NCBI GenBank assembly: GCA_965218295.1
Contig: CBDCKN010000017.1
Coordinates: 70,088 to 134,087 of the forward strand
Direction: 5' to 3'
DNA: 64,000 bases
DNA from: Longimicrobiales bacterium
Lineage (GTDB): Bacteria > Gemmatimonadota > Gemmatimonadetes > Longimicrobiales > Gaopeijiaceae
Position 1 is the first letter of the stretch, and the number at the start of each line of letters is the position of its first letter. The notes beneath the pieces are model-generated. The model made no database searches and was not told the origin of the DNA. It worked only from the letters and a program-made list of their open reading frames with translations. Shown here one piece after another: positions 60,700 through 64,000 of the stretch. The position numbers and the translations under genes were made by a program.

Positions 60700-62517
60700 C
60701 TACGTAACCAGCGCCCCCGCCGTCGAGACCAGCTGGCCCCGCATAGCGTTCAGCTCGCTGCGGACTCCGTCGATGCCTTCGAGGGTCACGGGTTCGGTGG
60801 GTGCACTCGCATCCTCTGCTGCGAATTCTCCGGCGCTTAGGGCTTCGAGGGCAGCCTCCGCCTGGAAGGAGATCTGGTTGTTGCCGTGCTCCTCGGAGTG
60901 TGTCTTCGCTTCCGTGAGCCAGCGTTCAGCCAACTCTATGTCCCCCAGGAGGCCATAGGCCTTACCACGATAGAGAAGGAGCTCGGAGACCATGAAGGGC
61001 GGTCCGCTTCGCCAGGCCGTCTCGTCCACGGCCTCGAGTCGATCCTCGAAGTGTTTGCGACGGCCCAGAAGAGCCTCGATGTAGGCCAGGGCGTCCAGCG
61101 CGTAGACCCGGTAACGGAAGTCCTGCATACGGTGTGCCACCACCGTGTACGCGTCTTCCGCGGCGCTGAGCTCACCCACCTCGACAAAGGCCCAGGCCAA
61201 GTCCGTGAGGGCTTGCAGCTGGTCCCGCTCCGAAGGATAGAGGCGAACCGCCTCCCAACCGTGCCGGATCGCCTTCCCAAACCGACCGGACAGCTTCTCG
61301 TCAGTCATGAGGTCGTGGTGACTCAACCCCTGCACGTAGCGGTCGCCATCGGCCTCTCCCCACTCCAGGGTTTGTCGATGCAGCTCGAGCGCTCGCGGCA
61401 GGTTCCCCTTCTCCCGGAGAGCGTTCCCCAGCCCCAGAGTCGCCATAGCCGACAGCTGGCCGTCGTCGAGCGCCCCTCCCAGGTCCTGGGCAACCCCGTA
61501 CCACTGCTCGCTCTCGTCCCATGCACCGAGCCGGCGATGGGCTCTGCCGAGGAAGCGGGCGGCGGACCCGGCGATGGCTCCCGATCCACAGGTCACCGCT
61601 ACCAGGTAAGCCAGGTTGAAGACCTCCCGAGCCCCGTGCAGATGCCCGAGCATGTCTACGCGGTCCGCCAGCTCTAGGAGAGAGCGTCCTAGCTCTACCC
61701 CGTCGCCGGAGCCGAGGGCTTCCAGAACCGCGCTCCAGCTCGCTCGCTCGGGATCGCCCCGGTCCACCGCATCGAGCTCGCGCCGAACTCCCTCGACCTG
61801 CTGCCGCAGCGCCTCGGGATCCAAGGTGAGCTCCTCGTCCAGTGCGGACCGTACCGCACGGGCAACGAGGAAGCGCGTGGCGATCCGGCGATTCGTCTCG
61901 GCGTCGGCCTCTCGCCCCTCCAGGTCCTTGAGGATCGCCCATCCGGAGAAGGTCTCCCCCGCCTTGGGACCGGCGCCCTTCCGCAGGCGCCTCGGACCGG
62001 CCGCTTTGCGGTCCAGATCCTGATGGAGAACCACGGCCGCCGCCTCACCAGCGAGGAACATGAGCTCGTCCGTGACCTCCACCGCGAGCCGCGGTCGGGG
62101 CGTCAGAGAGTCGACTATGAGGAACCAAGCCCTGGTTCCGTCGCTGCCCATGGCGACGCAGCAGGAGCTGCGGACGCCCGCGATCGGGATTTCTCCGGCG
62201 CGCTCGGTGTCCGGCAGGTCGAGGAGGCCTGGCACACCCTTGCCCCACACGACGCGACACGCCTGCGTCGCGAAGTCTCGTCGAGGAGGATTCCCCACGA
62301 GGTCCAGCAGGCAGTGAACGTGAACCAAGCCCGGTCCGTATTCGTCGACCCACACGACGGCGGCGCGATCGGCCCCGACCAGCTCCTGGGCAGAGGCGAG
62401 ATGCCCCAGGAGGCATGAGCGCGCCGGATCCCCCCGGTAGAGCGCGGCGGTCTGCTCGGACCGCCTTGCCCGCCCGCTGCGGTAATCTGCGAGGCGTGAA
62501 ACGTTCGAAGTAGACAT
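60700..62517 (-). CDS. GAF-like N-terminal domain plus TPR-repeat protein
   Basis: N-terminal ~170 aa (AAVVWVDEYGPGLVHVHC...TRAWFLIVDS) is GAF-like. The C-terminal ~330 aa is made of TPR-like helical repeats (AYLVAVTCG, LGLGNALREKGNLPRALELH, AEDAYTVVAH, LLLYRGKAYGLLGDIELAERWL). Confidence 0.6.
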   Translation of the reverse strand: MSTSNVSRLADYRSGRARRSEQTAALYRGDPARSCLLGHLASAQELVGADRAAVVWVDEYGPGLVHVHCLLDLVGNPPRRDFATQACRVVWGKGVPGLLDLPDTERAGEIPIAGVRSSCCVAMGSDGTRAWFLIVDSLTPRPRLAVEVTDELMFLAGEAAAVVLHQDLDRKAAGPRRLRKGAGPKAGETFSGWAILKDLEGREADAETNRRIATRFLVARAVRSALDEELTLDPEALRQQVEGVRRELDAVDRGDPERASWSAVLEALGSGDGVELGRSLLELADRVDMLGHLHGAREVFNLAYLVAVTCGSGAIAGSAARFLGRAHRRLGAWDESEQWYGVAQDLGGALDDGQLSAMATLGLGNALREKGNLPRALELHRQTLEWGEADGDRYVQGLSHHDLMTDEKLSGRFGKAIRHGWEAVRLYPSERDQLQALTDLAWAFVEVGELSAAEDAYTVVAHRMQDFRYRVYALDALAYIEALLGRRKHFEDRLEAVDETAWRSGPPFMVSELLLYRGKAYGLLGDIELAERWLTEAKTHSEEHGNNQISFQAEAALEALSAGEFAAEDASAPTEPVTLEGIDGVRSELNAMRGQLVSTAGALVT

Positions 62518-62586
62518 CTATGCAGGACCAAATAGCTTGTTGGGGGGAACACTAAAAGCTAGGTGTCCAGAGGGGGAAAAACAACG

Positions 62587-63579
62587 ATGGCGTCTATCCC
62601 TAATCACACCTCGTCTACGGCCCCAACCGCCGAAAGCGGAGGGTCAAACGCCCCGCCATCTCTGGGTTTTCGGGCCGAAAGATCCGTACTTCGGACCGAC
62701 ATCGCCCTTGTCGCATTATGTGTCATCTGGGGAGTGAACTTCTCCGTCATCAAGGTGGCGCTGGTCGAGATCGAGCCGCTCGCGTTCAATGCCCTCAGGT
62801 TCCCTCTCGCCGCCGTAACGCTCTTCGTCCTCTTGAGATGGAGGGGTCCTATCCCCCTTCCTCAACGGCACCACCGGGCTCGGATCGTCCTTCTGGGGCT
62901 CCTGGGGAACCTCGTGTATCAGTTTCTGTTCATCTTCGGGATCGACGGGACTCTGGCCGGAAACGCGAGCCTCGTCCTGGCAACGACGCCGATTTGGACC
63001 CTGGTCCTCTCCACTGCTCTCGGTCAGGCGCAGTATGCGGTGGCCGTCTGGGTGGGAGTGCTGGCGACCCTGGGAGGCATGGTGCTCGTCGTCGCCGGAG
63101 GCAGCAACGCCGTAAGCTTCGCGGACGGCCTCCCCAGAGGCGATCTACTCCTGGTTGCCGCTGCCGTCACCTGGTCCGTCTACACCGTCGGAGCTCAGGA
63201 TCTGACCCGCCGGTACGGGGCGCTCGCCGTTACATCCTGGACCCTCTGGATCGGTACCGTGGGTCTTGTAGCAGCCGGCGCAACCTCCGTCGCCGAGATG
63301 GACCTTCGTGCGATCTCGCCCATGGCATGGGTCGGGGTCGCCTACGCCGGTATTCTCGCCATCGCCATCGCGTATCTGCTGTGGAACCACGGGTTGGAGC
63401 ACATCGGCAGTGCGCGGACGGCGGCGTTCTCGAATCTCGTTCCGGTCGTCGCGCTCATCACCGCGGCCCTATGGCTCGGCGAAGAGCCCTCCGCTCTCCA
63501 GATGGCAGGCGCAATTACCATCATCGGAGGGGTGTGGCTGGCCCGTGTGGCCAGGGCCAGAGAGGGATCGTCCGCCTAG
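62587..63579 (+). CDS. EamA/DMT-family transporter
   Basis: Ten predicted TM helices in two EamA-like halves (WGVNFSVIKVAL...; WSVYTVGAQDL...). GAGGGGGA upstream of the ATG at 62587. Confidence 0.82.
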   Translation: MASIPNHTSSTAPTAESGGSNAPPSLGFRAERSVLRTDIALVALCVIWGVNFSVIKVALVEIEPLAFNALRFPLAAVTLFVLLRWRGPIPLPQRHHRARIVLLGLLGNLVYQFLFIFGIDGTLAGNASLVLATTPIWTLVLSTALGQAQYAVAVWVGVLATLGGMVLVVAGGSNAVSFADGLPRGDLLLVAAAVTWSVYTVGAQDLTRRYGALAVTSWTLWIGTVGLVAAGATSVAEMDLRAISPMAWVGVAYAGILAIAIAYLLWNHGLEHIGSARTAAFSNLVPVVALITAALWLGEEPSALQMAGAITIIGGVWLARVARAREGSSA

Positions 63580-64000
63580 CCCTTCGAGCCCGTCTCCAGC
63601 CTCGGGTGATGCCGGACCTCGGGGAACTCGTACACGATGATCCCCTGGTTGGTCACATCCGATCGGACCCTGAGCCCGTCGTCCATGGACTCCAGCACGC
63701 TCTCGGCCGCGGCCAAGGAGAGGTTGAGCGAGGCGGCCACTTCGGTCACGGTCAGGGTCCCGCCTTTTTCCGTGGCCAGGAGCAGCACACGGCGCTGCAG
63801 CCGCGTCATGAGGGCCGTTCGACGATCCTGGCGGGCCTTGAGCCCCCACCAGATGGTAGCGGTGCCCCCGGCGCCCATGACGCTGCCCACCGCCACGGTG
63901 GCGAGACCGAAGTAGACGAAGCCCACGGAGATCATGAGTGCAGCCGCGAGGACCAGAGCCACACCGAAGACCCTCCGGCCGATCCCACGTCTGGGAAGCG
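63576..64000 (-). CDS. membrane-anchored protein with a winged-helix-like C-terminal domain (possibly 5-prime truncated by the window edge)
   Basis: TM region LVLAAALMISVGFVYFGLATVAVGSVMGAGG, then RRVLLLATEKGGTLTVTEVAASLNLSLAAAESVLESM. The frame remains open to position 64000, and a GTG at 63962 is the first possible start inside the window. Confidence 0.5.
   Translation of the reverse strand, partial: LPRRGIGRRVFGVALVLAAALMISVGFVYFGLATVAVGSVMGAGGTATIWWGLKARQDRRTALMTRLQRRVLLLATEKGGTLTVTEVAASLNLSLAAAESVLESMDDGLRVRSDVTNQGIIVYEFPEVRHHPRLETGSKG

Overview
This is a high-GC (roughly two-thirds G+C by eye) bacterial chromosomal segment. It is very gene-dense, with about 60 protein genes, many joined by ATGA/GTGA start-stop overlaps. 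Most genes are housekeeping functions of a diderm bacterium.

Gene order, left to right:
- A System I cytochrome c maturation operon on the minus strand (ccmE, ccmF, a TM/zinc-ribbon gene, ccmA, ccmB, ccmC).
- A LOG-like protein, glpK, maf, dtd, glmS plus a hexosephosphate mutase, a Cys/Met PLP enzyme, an M48 peptidase, purD and mutM.
- A decayed M16 peptidase gene abutting a palindromic repeat element, then ubiE.
- A five-gene ECF sigma / anti-sigma envelope module, then mrp and a NifU-like gene.
- A Wzc-type tyrosine kinase split by a frameshift, then P5C dehydrogenase.
- A lepA operon that continues into GT2, PfkB kinase, GHKL-STAS and STAS-like genes.
- DUF4384-, DUF58- and BatA-like proteins, mfd, two SurA-like PPIases, pdxA, ftsE-ftsX-envC, holB, moaC, an M28 lipoprotein peptidase, guaB, acs, a Fur-family regulator and dacB.
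- A more accessory right end: a frameshifted receiver/AraC regulator, a 58-aa repeat lipoprotein, a GAF-TPR protein and an EamA transporter.

I recognised no rRNA, tRNA, CRISPR array, transposase, integrase or phage genes.

Most worth follow-up:
1. A repeat family whose conserved 30-40 nt head sits directly after stop codons at three loci. One copy is a 270-bp palindromic MITE-like element next to a pseudogene.
2. A variant System I ccm cluster. Its CcmE has CxxxY in place of HxxxY, and it carries a CcmI-like TM/zinc-ribbon gene instead of ccmH.
3. The lepA-linked GT2, PfkB, GHKL/STAS and STAS-like operon.
4. An anti-sigma factor with two tandem HxxxCxxC domains, behind a sigmaW-like candidate promoter.
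5. A tiny lipoprotein with three HNPGSNG repeats that are identical only at the protein level.

All coordinates and motifs were read by eye from the sequence and the ORF track. No database search was possible, so family names are recollections of conserved motifs, not search hits.
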